Shown here piece by piece: positions 40,952 through 51,877 of a stretch of DNA of 64,000 nt. Origin of the DNA: Nitrosopumilaceae archaeon (GTDB taxonomy: Archaea; Thermoproteota; Nitrososphaeria; Nitrososphaerales; Nitrosopumilaceae). The translations under genes were made by a program, and so were the position numbers. The notes under the pieces are model-generated. The model was given only the letters and a program-made list of their open reading frames with translations, was not told the DNA's origin and made no database searches. Each line of letters starts with the position of its first letter. The first letter of the stretch is position 1. Where the stretch lies: contig OZ242274.1 of NCBI GenBank assembly GCA_965207375.1, positions 320,001 through 384,000 on the forward strand. Direction: 5' to 3'.

Positions 40952-41335
40952 ATGCCTATTGTTTCAATATCATTAAACGGCGATATGCTAAAGGAGCTTG
41001 ACAAGCTGCAAGATTCGATGGGATTTACCGGAAGATCCGAGATTATCCGTGCAGGAATCAGAACGTTCGTACAAGAAGAAAAACAAAAACTAGAATTGAG
41101 TGGAAAGCAAAACGCAGTCCTTATTGTGGTTCATGAAGATGAGTTTGATGATCAGGTCGCACGGATAAAGCACGATTATGAAGATTTGATCAGGACACAT
41201 CTCCACAACAAGATAGATGGGGACAGATGCATGGAGATGTTTTTCCTAGATGGTGATTCTGAAAAAATTCAATCAATAACTAGGGGATTTCTTACCGACA
41301 AAAAGATGGATACGGTAAAGCTTGTTGCCCTGTAG
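40952..41335 (+). CDS. NikR/CopG family ribbon-helix-helix metalloregulator
   Basis: IVSISL...ELD...GF.GRSEIIR; H...THLH......CME metal motif. Confidence 0.85.
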   Translation: MPIVSISLNGDMLKELDKLQDSMGFTGRSEIIRAGIRTFVQEEKQKLELSGKQNAVLIVVHEDEFDDQVARIKHDYEDLIRTHLHNKIDGDRCMEMFFLDGDSEKIQSITRGFLTDKKMDTVKLVAL

Positions 41336-41451
41336 GCCTGTTTTGAAATCATTGTAATCACATGTGTCACAATCAAAGTTTAGGTGATTCTGATTCAAAG
41401 CGTACTTACCAATCCAAACAAAAAGATTAGGGCAAAATACAATACCGCAAA

Positions 41452-41660
41452 TGATGGATAATGTAGCCTTTGTAGGACTCGATGTTCACAAGAGAACAGT
41501 ATAGGTCTCAATGATGGATACAGATGGAAACGAAATTGTCAATGGTTCTGTTCCAAATACAGAAAAACAGATCTACAATACACTAGAAAAATTCCCAAAG
41601 GCTTGTACAAATCGTAATGGAATCATCATCCGTATGGAAGACCATATATTTTCAGATTTG
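41452..41660 (+). pseudogene. IS110 transposase 5' remnant
   Basis: FVGLDVHKRTV*VSMMDTDGNEI, then frameshifted VMESSSVWK; parallels 35913-37061. Confidence 0.8.
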
Positions 41661-41976
41661 AAATTCACTAAAGACCTTATGCATAATCGACATTCTAGAA
41701 ATTTGACAGTATCTAGACACAATTAAAGCAAATGTGGTAATTTACACAGTTTATAGCAGATCTAACTAATCAATAGTTTTTCTACATATTTTAAAAAAAG
41801 TTGTGACCCGACAATGACACTTGCGATCAAACTAAACATAAAATGCACAAAATATTCAATACAGATTACAACAAGTTAGGTATGGGCATTGATCAATAGA
41901 TTTGACCTTCTAGTTGCACCGAGGCCTAGAAACGACAAGACAGCAACACCAAAAGAATCTAGTCAGCAAAATGAGA

Positions 41977-42051
41977 TGGGCCCGCGGGGATTTGAACCCC
42001 GGATCTTCGCCGTGTAAGGGCGACGTCATAACCGACCTGGACTACGGGCCC
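41977..42051 (-). tRNA. tRNA-Val(TAC)
   Basis: Cloverleaf GGGCCCG...TCGCC-CTTACAC-GGCGA...GGTTCAAATCC. Confidence 0.95.
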
Positions 42052-42135
42052 AGCAAACCACGTTATCAAAATCCATTTAAACTTTGAGAAAGATTTTGCA
42101 AAAATCTACAAATTAGATGTAATTATAATATTATT

Positions 42136-43143
42136 GTGAATCCGCTGTTTTTTTGCAGTCCTATAGGATTAGGTCATGCAACAAGGGATGCAGCAATTGT
42201 AGCGTATAGTAAGGACAGACCAAGATTTGTGACCGGAGGTGCTGCTGTGAATTTTTTCAAAAAGAGCGGTTTTGATGCAATAGATAGATATGAGCCTCCA
42301 AGATTCACGGTACAAAATGGAACGCTGAAAAGGTCTACTAGATGGCTTTGGCAATATTATCAGTACTATAAAGAGTGTAAAAAATCAGCCAAAAACATTA
42401 TAGAAAATAAAAGACCAGACACCATAGTTAGTGACGAGGATTTTGCATCATTGACGATATCACAGGAGAAAAAAATTCCAAATGTTTTGATTACAGACAT
42501 ACTTGAAACAAAATTTACCGGCAGGATGGGTGCGCTGATGGAAAAAAGAATGAACAAATCCATGAAACAAATCATTGCAAAATGTGATGCAGTTATTTTG
42601 CCAGAATATGGAGATGACGTAGGAAACATAAAAAGAGTAGGCCCAATAGTAAGAGGGACCAAATTTTCCAGAGAAGAGCTTAGAGACAGGCTAGGATTTG
42701 ATAGGAAAACCATAGTTATCAGCACAGGAGGAACAGATGCCGGTTCCTTTTTGATTGAAAAATCACTGAGCGCGATACAGAAAATTAAAAATGACTATAA
42801 GGTGATAGTGGTTGTAGGTCCTTTACTTGCCAAACAATACAGCGATGTGGAGAATTTGGGATTTGTAGAAAACCTGCATGAGATAATTTTTGCATCAGAT
42901 TTGACGATATCTCTTGCGGGAAAATCAACCATAGATGAGGCAAATGCATACGGAACACCGGGAATCTTTATCCCCATAAAAAATCATTTTGAACAGCAAG
43001 ACAATGCAAAAGAGCAAGGATACACATACGAAGATATCTTCAAACTAGAGAAACTAATTGTGGAAAAGATTTCAGAACCCAGAAATAAAATAAAATGTGA
43101 CGGGGCACAAAAGGCTTGGAACATAATTAAAAATATCCAATAG
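42136..43143 (+). CDS. Glycosyltransferase (GT28/MurG-like)
   Basis: GLGHATR, STGG, AGKSTIDEA..YGTP, HFEQ..NA. Confidence 0.82.
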   Translation: MNPLFFCSPIGLGHATRDAAIVAYSKDRPRFVTGGAAVNFFKKSGFDAIDRYEPPRFTVQNGTLKRSTRWLWQYYQYYKECKKSAKNIIENKRPDTIVSDEDFASLTISQEKKIPNVLITDILETKFTGRMGALMEKRMNKSMKQIIAKCDAVILPEYGDDVGNIKRVGPIVRGTKFSREELRDRLGFDRKTIVISTGGTDAGSFLIEKSLSAIQKIKNDYKVIVVVGPLLAKQYSDVENLGFVENLHEIIFASDLTISLAGKSTIDEANAYGTPGIFIPIKNHFEQQDNAKEQGYTYEDIFKLEKLIVEKISEPRNKIKCDGAQKAWNIIKNIQ

Positions 43144-43194
43144 ATTTACGCTTAAAAATAACGATTAATAGATGTAAAAATAGATAGGTAAGAA

Positions 43195-44607
43195 ATGGAG
43201 AAATTAGTTGTTGCAAAATTTGGAGGTAGTGCGATAGGACCGTTTGGAGAGTTTATACCAATTATAATTGATCGGATAAACGAGCTCAAAAAAGACGCAA
43301 AGGTAATAGCTGTTTTTTCTGCACCTCTTACAATAATTGATAATAAGAAAAAATCTTTGACAGATGTTGTATTAGAGATTGGCAAAAAGGCGCAGGATGG
43401 CAGCGAGTCTGACCTAGAAGAAATCAAATGTACGTATGAGAAAATTCTCAAAATGGTAGATGACAAACACAAAGAGCGGTGCCAGGCGACTGTGGAAAAA
43501 TTTCTAAACCTGACAAGGCAGGCATTTGAGACTGCAAAAAATAGAGGTGAGTTTGCAGATGAGACAAGATCAAAGGCGTTGGGATTTTCAGGGGAAATCT
43601 TAATGTCAAATGTGATGAATTATATCCTAAAATCAAACGGAATTGCATCTGGCGTGATTGATTTTGATAATTGGCCCATAATTACAGACAGCAACATAGA
43701 ATCGACAAATTTTCTGGCCTCAAAATCACAACAATACCTAGAACACACAGAGAATCTAGTTGCCAGACATCAGGTAGTATGTATGGGTGGCTTTATTGGA
43801 AAAACCATAGACGGAGTCGTAACTACTTATGAACGGGGCGGTTCTGACAGAACTGCTGCAGATATTGGAATTTTATTTCATAAAAAATATGATTCAAGAA
43901 TTAATTTTGAAAAGGACAGTTCTGTAGTTTCAGCCGATCCAAAAATTGTTTCAGAAAATCTTTCAAAAGTAGGCACTCTATCATATAATGAGGCGCGCCT
44001 TGCAGGAATGTTTGGTATGAAGATCTTAGATCCCATAGCAATCAAAGAGATCTTAGAAAACGGAATAGACATGCCGATTCTTGTTACAAACATGAAAAAT
44101 CCAGAAAAAAACACGATGATAAAAAGAAATCCCAAAGACAACAGTCATCCGTTAAAAATAGTCACAGGAAAGAAAAATTGTGCGATAATTAGAATGGAAA
44201 GAGATTCTGCACAAAAATTGCTGTTATCATTAGAGCACGACAAAAGATACAGCGAATATGTAATACTATCCCCGTTTACAAAAGACGGCATTGAATTTAC
44301 CAGAATTTTGTTTCTAGACGGAGACTATGTAAAAAGAAATGAAAAGTATTTGCTAGGATTTGATTCTTTGGCATCAATTACATACAACAGAGGAGTCATT
44401 ACACTAATCGGGGATCAAATGTGGAGGGTACAACAGATTGCATCAAAGGTTAGCTCAAAGATTGGTGATGCAGGATTAAACATCCTAAACATGGATGCGC
44501 AAGAAGAGACATCTAGAATTATTATTGTTATAGAGGATTCAAAAGACAATATCGAGCGGGCCATCAGGTCTGTACATGCAGAAAAATCAAAAATTGCATT
44601 TATTTAA
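43195..44607 (+). CDS. lysC: Aspartate kinase
   Basis: VAKFGGS, RGGSDRTAA, SADPKIV, LSYNEA; C-terminal ACT. Confidence 0.88.
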   Translation: MEKLVVAKFGGSAIGPFGEFIPIIIDRINELKKDAKVIAVFSAPLTIIDNKKKSLTDVVLEIGKKAQDGSESDLEEIKCTYEKILKMVDDKHKERCQATVEKFLNLTRQAFETAKNRGEFADETRSKALGFSGEILMSNVMNYILKSNGIASGVIDFDNWPIITDSNIESTNFLASKSQQYLEHTENLVARHQVVCMGGFIGKTIDGVVTTYERGGSDRTAADIGILFHKKYDSRINFEKDSSVVSADPKIVSENLSKVGTLSYNEARLAGMFGMKILDPIAIKEILENGIDMPILVTNMKNPEKNTMIKRNPKDNSHPLKIVTGKKNCAIIRMERDSAQKLLLSLEHDKRYSEYVILSPFTKDGIEFTRILFLDGDYVKRNEKYLLGFDSLASITYNRGVITLIGDQMWRVQQIASKVSSKIGDAGLNILNMDAQEETSRIIIVIEDSKDNIERAIRSVHAEKSKIAFI

Positions 44608-45094
44608 ATTGCGTATGGCTCTACAAGTTTGACCCTGTAGCGCCATAGTGGGTTTTTTCTTGGACACGTAGTCTAGAATTAGTCCGGCGTTACCCATAAC
44701 ACGCGATACTATACCTACACAGTTGTGCTATTTAGAGCTGATCTATATAGATCGAGGCTAGGCGTGAGTTTACGTGTTGTCAAGTGCCGTATATTGTCAG
44801 GTTGTCGAATTTATGCAAAATAGGAAATAGGTTCTTGTGCCAGAAATTTGAGGTGTGCGGTATAGCATGGTTTTATCCCATAGTTCTAACAAAAAGTTTG
44901 TTTTAATGCCCCAGATGAAATTATCAAAAATGACATGTTTACTAGGTGTTTTGATTAAAAGTTCTTGAAATTTTGGTATAAACTAGGTCTATACCAAACT
45001 AGTGATCACGCATCGGATATATTTAAAAAATTCAAAAAACCCTAGCTGCACTATACACAATTCTTTAAATTAGTTGGATTTTTTATTCCATGGT

Positions 45095-46009
45095 ATGAAA
45101 GAGTCAGGCAAGATTTGGATGAACGGCAAGCTAGTACCGTTTAAGGATGCCAAAGTACATGTGTTGACTCACGCCTTACATTATTCTACGTCGATATTTG
45201 AGGGAATCAGGTGTTACAATACCGAACAGGGTTCGGCAATTTTTAGGTTGCCCGAACATGTAGACAGGTTATTTGAATCAGCAAAATTATACTCTATGAA
45301 AATGCAGTATTCAAAAAAACAAATATCTGATGCAATTATCAAAACTGTACAAGCAAACAAGCTAAAACAATGTTACATCAGGCCTTTAGCATATTACGGG
45401 TATGGAACCATGGGGCTGACCCCATCTGCAAACAAGGTGGATATTTCAATTTCATGTTGGGAATGGAATATGGGCGAATCAAAGGCAGGAAAGTTTTCTG
45501 GAGCAAAATGCAAGGTTTCAAGTTGGTTAAAAATAGACTCTAGAGCACAGCCAATGAAGGCAAAGGCTGCCTCAAACTATGCCAATGCAGCACTAGCCAG
45601 AATGGAGGCACTAGATGAAGGATATGACGAGTCAATAATGCTAAATTATTACGGAAAAGTAACAGAAGGTAGTGCGGAAAATATTTTCATCGTCAAAAAC
45701 GGTGAAATTTTGACGCCACCAATATCAGCAGGCATTTTAGAGGGAATAACTAGAGACAGCGTAATTCAGATTATAGAAGAAAACGGAGGATATGTAGTAG
45801 AGACAGAACTTGGTAGAGATGACCTGTATGATGCAGAAGAAGTGTTTATGACAGGTACTGCTGCAGAGGTAAAATCTGTAACTCAAATTGACAGAATCAA
45901 AATCGGAAACGGCAAGGTGGGCAAAATTACAAAGGCACTGCAAAAATCATTTATGGATGTAACTTTGGGCAGAAACGAACAGTTTGTTTCCTGGCTAAAA
46001 TACATTTAG
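45095..46009 (+). CDS. ilvE: Branched-chain amino acid aminotransferase
   Basis: HALHY...FEGIR, EGSAENIF, ILEGITR, MTGTAAE. Confidence 0.93.
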   Translation: MKESGKIWMNGKLVPFKDAKVHVLTHALHYSTSIFEGIRCYNTEQGSAIFRLPEHVDRLFESAKLYSMKMQYSKKQISDAIIKTVQANKLKQCYIRPLAYYGYGTMGLTPSANKVDISISCWEWNMGESKAGKFSGAKCKVSSWLKIDSRAQPMKAKAASNYANAALARMEALDEGYDESIMLNYYGKVTEGSAENIFIVKNGEILTPPISAGILEGITRDSVIQIIEENGGYVVETELGRDDLYDAEEVFMTGTAAEVKSVTQIDRIKIGNGKVGKITKALQKSFMDVTLGRNEQFVSWLKYI

Positions 46010-46013
46010 GGAT

Positions 46014-46187
46014 ATGAATAGTTTGGATTCATGTACAAACGGCAATGCTGCACAAATCTGTTGGTTTTGTCGCAAAGAACGACACCAGGACTGTATGAAG
46101 GAGATGCCTGCCGATGAAAAGTCAGAAGGCCCGCACGATTGTACATTTGATACAAAAATGATAAAGTGTAGATGTAAACATGAATGA
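46014..46187 (+). CDS. Small Cys/His-rich protein (57 aa, absent from ORF track)
   Basis: MNSLDSC...CWFCRKERHQDC...HDC...CRCKHE; fills the gap between ilvE and the next gene. Confidence 0.6.
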   Translation: MNSLDSCTNGNAAQICWFCRKERHQDCMKEMPADEKSEGPHDCTFDTKMIKCRCKHE

Positions 46188-46653
46188 ATTCTCAAGATAC
46201 ATAAGAGATCTGTCAGTATCATTGCACACAACTGCAATACTGTATCTTGGATGCAGCAATCAAGAGGATTTGGCAGAGTTTCCAAGCGACACAAATGTTT
46301 GCGGCATTGCAGACGGTATTGAAAAATTTACCAGAAAATATCCCAGTTTCAAATTCACGCAGGGCAGTGTAGATGCTACCCCATATGCAGATGGTACCTT
46401 TGATTTTGTATTTACACACAAGCTGTTTAGTTGCACAAACAAAGATGTAAAAAATGTGCTAAACGAAATGTATAGAATCTCATCCAAATATATTGTAAAT
46501 TTTGAATTAAAGGAATCAGAAAATAAAGACGTGTCTGATACACTGTACAACAAATGGCTGGAATTTGGAGTAAAAATCATAAGCAATGTACAGATGCACA
46601 AAGACATTGATTCAGAACAGTGCCAATTTACACTGGTTAGAAAAATCAACTAG
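46180..46653 (+). CDS. Class I SAM-dependent methyltransferase-like protein
   Basis: LYLGC, GSV...PYADGTFDFVF, LNEMYRIS. Confidence 0.72.
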   Translation: MNEFSRYIRDLSVSLHTTAILYLGCSNQEDLAEFPSDTNVCGIADGIEKFTRKYPSFKFTQGSVDATPYADGTFDFVFTHKLFSCTNKDVKNVLNEMYRISSKYIVNFELKESENKDVSDTLYNKWLEFGVKIISNVQMHKDIDSEQCQFTLVRKIN

Positions 46654-46701
46654 ATTTTAGCATGTGCAGAGTCTCAAAGACACTTTGAAAATGATTTGAG
46701 G

Positions 46702-47955
46702 TTAAAATCTAGTTACTGCAAATATTATTGCAAAGCCTGTTAAAAATACAATTCCTGTATAGCTTAGAATTTGCAGGCCTACAGATGGTTGGAATTTTTT
46801 TTCAAGGTGTTTGTCTCTTACTAGTTTTAGATTAAAGATTGCAATAATGGGAGCAATAACAAAGGATAGGACCGTGGCAAAATCAACTAGCTCCCTTAAA
46901 TTGTTGCCAAACTGAAAAACAACTATCAGAGATCCTGATGCCAAAGATACTAGAAACACAGAATTGAGTGAACGGTTGGTTTTCTGAGCTGATTTTGTAG
47001 AAAACAGTAGAAAGGCAGTACGGTGAAGTGAGCGTGAATATCCATCAAATACTGTCAAAATAGTTCCAAACATGACCGTAAAGGCAGATGCAGAAATTAC
47101 AATATTGCTCCAGTCACCAATAGTAACAGTGTATAGTGTGACTATTTGGTGAGCAAAATCGGCATTGTTGTTTGATAGCCGTTCTCCTGAACCAAAGAAA
47201 ATGTACGAGCCCAATGTGACAAACATTACAGCAAGAATCGCAGTGACAGTGTAAGCTAGTCGAAATTCAAAAAGGGTTTCGCATAGTTTTGGTTTGTATT
47301 TTGACTGTTTTATTCTCTCAATTGTCCACAGGCTATTCCAGCTAGACAGATCCAGTGCAGTGGGCATCCAGCCCATCAAGGCAAGCAGAAACAAGATTCC
47401 AGCGTCATCCCATAGCTCTTTGGGCGCAAAACCTTCAACCGGAATAATTGGTCCGTTCTGCAAGGCAAACAAAAATGCAGATACAGTAGTAATTAACAAG
47501 ACAATTGCTATAACCTTGATGATGCCGTCAAGTGCATTGTATCTGCCTATAATCAAAATGGTTACGCAGATGGCAAATAAAATTATGATGACCCAGTCTT
47601 GTAGGAAATCAATCTGAAATAAATTTGAGAAAAATCCTGTAGTAATAAAGCCTACTGCGCCTGTGACAAAAAACATCGAGGCTAGGGTAATTATAAAATA
47701 CAGCCAAAGTGCACCCCTGCCAAGCTTTTTGTATCCATCAATGATGCTAGTACCGGTGGCATTTGCATATCTAGAACCGTATTCAAAGAAGGGATACTTT
47801 AGGAGGCTGGCTAGAACCACAAATCCTACAAGCAGCATGCCAAATTCTGCACCGGCCCTTGTAGATTGAACTAGATGCGATACACCAATGGCAGTACTTG
47901 CAAACAAAATTCCTGGCCCTGCAATTTTAGAAAAGTTTCCTAGTCGGGAATTCAA
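46702..47955 (-). CDS. NRAMP-like divalent metal transporter
   Basis: GPGILFASTAIGVSHLVQSTRAGA, LMGWMP; multiple TM helices. Confidence 0.78.
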   Translation of the reverse strand: MNSRLGNFSKIAGPGILFASTAIGVSHLVQSTRAGAEFGMLLVGFVVLASLLKYPFFEYGSRYANATGTSIIDGYKKLGRGALWLYFIITLASMFFVTGAVGFITTGFFSNLFQIDFLQDWVIIILFAICVTILIIGRYNALDGIIKVIAIVLLITTVSAFLFALQNGPIIPVEGFAPKELWDDAGILFLLALMGWMPTALDLSSWNSLWTIERIKQSKYKPKLCETLFEFRLAYTVTAILAVMFVTLGSYIFFGSGERLSNNNADFAHQIVTLYTVTIGDWSNIVISASAFTVMFGTILTVFDGYSRSLHRTAFLLFSTKSAQKTNRSLNSVFLVSLASGSLIVVFQFGNNLRELVDFATVLSFVIAPIIAIFNLKLVRDKHLEKKFQPSVGLQILSYTGIVFLTGFAIIFAVTRF

Positions 47956-48092
47956 TCTGAAAATTGCTTTTTATTTAGGGTATAATTCGGTTTATTTTTA
48001 ATGCAAATTTTGCCTTTGCATGTCAGACCGGAATTGGCAAAGAACCCTTGAGTTATTCTATCATGACAGCATACGTTGGTTTTAGAGACTGA

Positions 48093-48737
48093 TCATTTGG
48101 TTATCTCGTATGCTACAAAAAGTGGTCCAATGTATCGTTTTGATACAGTACCGTATCTGCCAAGTAATTTTTCATAGTTTGATTCTCTATGAAAGTAAAT
48201 CTCGGTCTCAACTAGTATTCCAGAAGGCAGCTCATAGCTGCCGCTTATGTGTCCGGCATCAGCTGTATCCACTCGTACAAATGCGCCATGAATAAACTCA
48301 TAGCCCTTATCTGCAAAGGTGACTAGTATCAATCTGCCACCGTCATTTAGTGCAGTATACAAAATATCAATGCATCTGCGTAGATCAGGTGCCATGTGTA
48401 GTACCATAGAACACAGTACGACAGAATATCTGCGATGTATTCGCAGATCTGGAAGCTTGGCACAATACAGGGTCATATTTTGGAATTTGCTGCCGTATTT
48501 TTGTTTAATAAAATCTAAAAACTCTGAAACCCTGTCTACACCTGTATATGATACGTCATGTTTTAGATAGTCTAGGACAGCACCCCAACCGCAGCCAACA
48601 TCTAGTATGTCTGATACTGTTGCAAGTCTTTCTTTGAAATACGGTCCAAGATATTCTTCTCTGAAAGGATCAGTGCCTGATTGACTGTGCCGTATCCACG
48701 TCCTTGCATATTCGGCATCATATGCGGGGCCACTCAC
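48093..48737 (-). CDS. Class I SAM-dependent methyltransferase
   Basis: ILDVGCGWG, YTGVD, SMVLH, L..GGRL. Confidence 0.85.
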   Translation of the reverse strand: MSGPAYDAEYARTWIRHSQSGTDPFREEYLGPYFKERLATVSDILDVGCGWGAVLDYLKHDVSYTGVDRVSEFLDFIKQKYGSKFQNMTLYCAKLPDLRIHRRYSVVLCSMVLHMAPDLRRCIDILYTALNDGGRLILVTFADKGYEFIHGAFVRVDTADAGHISGSYELPSGILVETEIYFHRESNYEKLLGRYGTVSKRYIGPLFVAYEITK

Positions 48738-49428
48738 GCCATATCAACCACGCAGGACAGGACATTATCATACATTGTTGTATAAGGGGTGATTTTTAGA
48801 TAATAATTGTTCTGTTTGGTTTTATGCTTGCAGGATTGACTTTACAATACCATGCAGTATAATACGAATTTTGGTAACAATGGTGATGTAATATCAAGAT
48901 CTTCTGGGATCTGTTCAGAAAAAGCCTGCATCATGATACATTAACAACTGATAACACACAAAAAACCAGAATTAGGATCTGATGGGTTAACACATATTGG
49001 AAAATATATGAATAAATTAAATGCACCGTATCACATGAGCCCCTGATTCCCCATCTCGGATGGTCCAAGGGATTCGATTAGGTGCAAATTACAAAACACT
49101 AATCTGATATATTAAGTCATTGTTTTTGATAGGGAGGATCCGGCACGTAGTCAAGGGATTTTTCATATGGGAGTTAATGCGGAAGAACCATGAATTTCAA
49201 AAAATAAAATGGTTACCTCAGGCAGAAAAATCAATTAGATCCGAATCCTTACTTCAAATCAGAGTCAAATCCAAAATTGTCATAGTTAGGCAGGTGTATA
49301 CCATAGAGGTGATTCGTAATTAGTCAATTTATCTAAATTTCACGCCTTGCAATACCAAAAAGATCAAAACATCATCAAATTTTACTACAACTCATGATGC
49401 GTGTCCTAATTAAATGTCAAAAATGAAG

Positions 49429-49503
49429 CGGGTCTAGAGGGATTCGAACCCCCGACAGCCGGATTAAGAGTCCGGTGCTCTAGCCTGGCTGAGCCATAGA
49501 CCC
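49429..49503 (-). tRNA. tRNA-Lys(CTT)
   Basis: Cloverleaf with CCGGA-CTCTTAA-TCCGG anticodon arm and GGTTCGAATCC. Confidence 0.95.
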
Positions 49504-49674
49504 AATAAGGTTAGCAAATGCTAAAGTCGTTATTAATCTTGACATAAGTATCTAATTTTTTCCAATCTATTCTGAACCAAATGTTTCCCTTTGTTTTGTT
49601 ATCTTATCACAAAGATGCAATTGATGATAATGCGTACAGTCAAGACATAAAGATGCCAGAGAATGTAATTGATC

Positions 49675-51720
49675 TTAACTGTTTATGTCAGATACTGGAG
49701 AATCATCATATAGGAAAAATGTTGCATAATTTTTTTTATCAAGTACGTTGCGTCCTATGGTTATCCATCTACCTATTGCTTTTTCTTGCTTTGCCTTCTT
49801 GTATCGATGTACTGCTTGCTTGTAAAAATCCTCCATTCCATATCCTCCAATGTATGTAAAGCCAATATCTAATTCTATACTAGATATGTTAGCTTCGGAC
49901 CAGTAATCAGGTTTTGTAGTTTTGTTTACGTATTTGATATTATCAGAAATGTCTTGCCATCCATGGGCAAAATCAAGCAGTGTACCGGTGATCTTTGTGA
50001 ATCCACGTTGATAATATTTTTGCATGTTAAGCAACAGGTCTTGTAGTGTTTCAGGAATCGGCAGTGTAGGTAGGTCGTGGTTTAAGATATAGTAATGCTC
50101 TATAGGATCCATTTTACTAAGCGGTAACAAATAATCCGGGTCATAGTCAGAATTTTCATCAAAGAAAAAATACCCATGTGTCAAATAGTGTCCAAGAAAG
50201 GCAAGCTCATACGGAGATCTGAACGCGTTTTGCCGCTGTACTGTGTTTCTTTGTTCCATATAATGTATAAAGTATATCGGCTGGTTGAGCAAATCCGTTA
50301 TAATATCAAGATCATACAGGTTTACAAACCACGGGCGTATTTTTTTGCCAAAGCAATCAAATGCGGCCACATTTTTGAGGTTGGTAGCCAAAATGTTGGG
50401 CTGATCTGGAGTTACTGCAACAAAAAAGAACTCATAATCAATATCAGGTTGCAGCGTAACTGTACGCCCGTCATCAGCTTCTAGTTTGACCTTTGAACCT
50501 GTAGCATACTCTAGAATCTGCGATACATTGTTCAACGATTTTGATACCTCTGATGCAAACTCTTTGTAAAGATGTTCGCGCAAAGGGCGCAGCTGATACA
50601 ATGAAAGATGTGACTCTACTGTTACAATCACCTTGTTGTCATATATGACACAGGGTCCAGTGTCATTTCTTTTGCCGTCTATTTCATAAGACAAGTTCTC
50701 AAAGATATGTTTTTTGGGAAATACTTTGGATAGTGATTCATATGATTTTTGTAGGATATAATCGGATCTGAGTTGGACAAATTTTTTCCATGTATCTGTA
50801 TTTTGTTTTCGTTCTGATTCTAGCAGGTACTCTAGTGCTTGATCCAGTCGATCTCGTAGTATCTCAGGCTTTGGAAAAAAGAAGGTTTTTTCATCTAGCC
50901 GTATAATGGGCTTGTAAAAAATAATATTATCAGATAACGGTCCTTGAAAATTCTTAAACTGATCTCCAAAGGTGCAGCTAAATGCATCAAGATACGCCAA
51001 AAACACCTTCTTTTCTTGGGAGCTCATCCCGACTGCATACTCTTCTGGATTTATGAACAGTACATCTCTAGAAGCTGCTGCATAAAATGCATAATAACAA
51101 TATTGGTCAATGCAATTTGTTTCATCTACCTCCTCAAAGTATTTGTTTATCCATGATGTCTCTTTGTTCTTTGCAAGTTTCTTGAATTGATTAAATTTGC
51201 CTGTATAGATGCCAGAATTTTGGATTTCAATGACCGTAATGCGTGTAATAAAATCATCAACAAATTTGACGATATCTTTTACACTAAAGCCAAAATGAGA
51301 CATGAAATAATCATCTAGGGGAGAAAATACCTCTAGATGGTATCGAGCCCTTTGTTTGACGTGCAATGGTAATCTGCGTTGGCCTATCTGTTGATATTGA
51401 AAGATATAGTCAGGCGATTCCCTGTCATGTATACGGGGAAACTTGGTGTGCAGATTCAGACAATATTTGGTAAAAAAATCATGCATTTCATCATACAAGG
51501 TATTGAATTCAGCATAGGTGGGCGCGTCTACAGCAAGATTATGATCTGATAAAAACAGTCCCAGAAGGTACTCATCAAGCATGTAGAGGTTTGGAGTGTC
51601 TGCATCCTCAAACTTGTCATCATAAGAATGCCTTGCATAAATCATAAAGTTTGCAACATTTACAGCAGAGACAAATTGAGACATGTGTTCTTTTATCTGT
51701 GAGGGATTCTCATCTAGCAA
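49675..51720 (-). CDS. Large hypothetical protein, possibly NERD/PD-(D/E)xK-related
   Basis: 681-aa ORF; FENLSY...VIYDNKVIV..E and PW.VNLYDLDII....FIHY.EQR patterns. Confidence 0.45.
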   Translation of the reverse strand: MLDENPSQIKEHMSQFVSAVNVANFMIYARHSYDDKFEDADTPNLYMLDEYLLGLFLSDHNLAVDAPTYAEFNTLYDEMHDFFTKYCLNLHTKFPRIHDRESPDYIFQYQQIGQRRLPLHVKQRARYHLEVFSPLDDYFMSHFGFSVKDIVKFVDDFITRITVIEIQNSGIYTGKFNQFKKLAKNKETSWINKYFEEVDETNCIDQYCYYAFYAAASRDVLFINPEEYAVGMSSQEKKVFLAYLDAFSCTFGDQFKNFQGPLSDNIIFYKPIIRLDEKTFFFPKPEILRDRLDQALEYLLESERKQNTDTWKKFVQLRSDYILQKSYESLSKVFPKKHIFENLSYEIDGKRNDTGPCVIYDNKVIVTVESHLSLYQLRPLREHLYKEFASEVSKSLNNVSQILEYATGSKVKLEADDGRTVTLQPDIDYEFFFVAVTPDQPNILATNLKNVAAFDCFGKKIRPWFVNLYDLDIITDLLNQPIYFIHYMEQRNTVQRQNAFRSPYELAFLGHYLTHGYFFFDENSDYDPDYLLPLSKMDPIEHYYILNHDLPTLPIPETLQDLLLNMQKYYQRGFTKITGTLLDFAHGWQDISDNIKYVNKTTKPDYWSEANISSIELDIGFTYIGGYGMEDFYKQAVHRYKKAKQEKAIGRWITIGRNVLDKKNYATFFLYDDSPVSDINS

Positions 51721-51877
51721 TACATCGTATAAAATATGACTAGTATAAACAATTTATCTAGAGAATCATCTACTTTAACCTTGGAGGTAACATTTGACAA
51801 AATTAGGTATGGATATGTTGCAAACTCTGCAATTCATCTTGACAAAAGATTCCAGATATCAAGGTCAGTTGCAAAAG

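Noticed and set aside
44972-44998. TTTGGTATA-N9-TATACCAAA palindrome upstream of ilvE
   Set aside because: Single AT-rich instance with no second site or linked regulator
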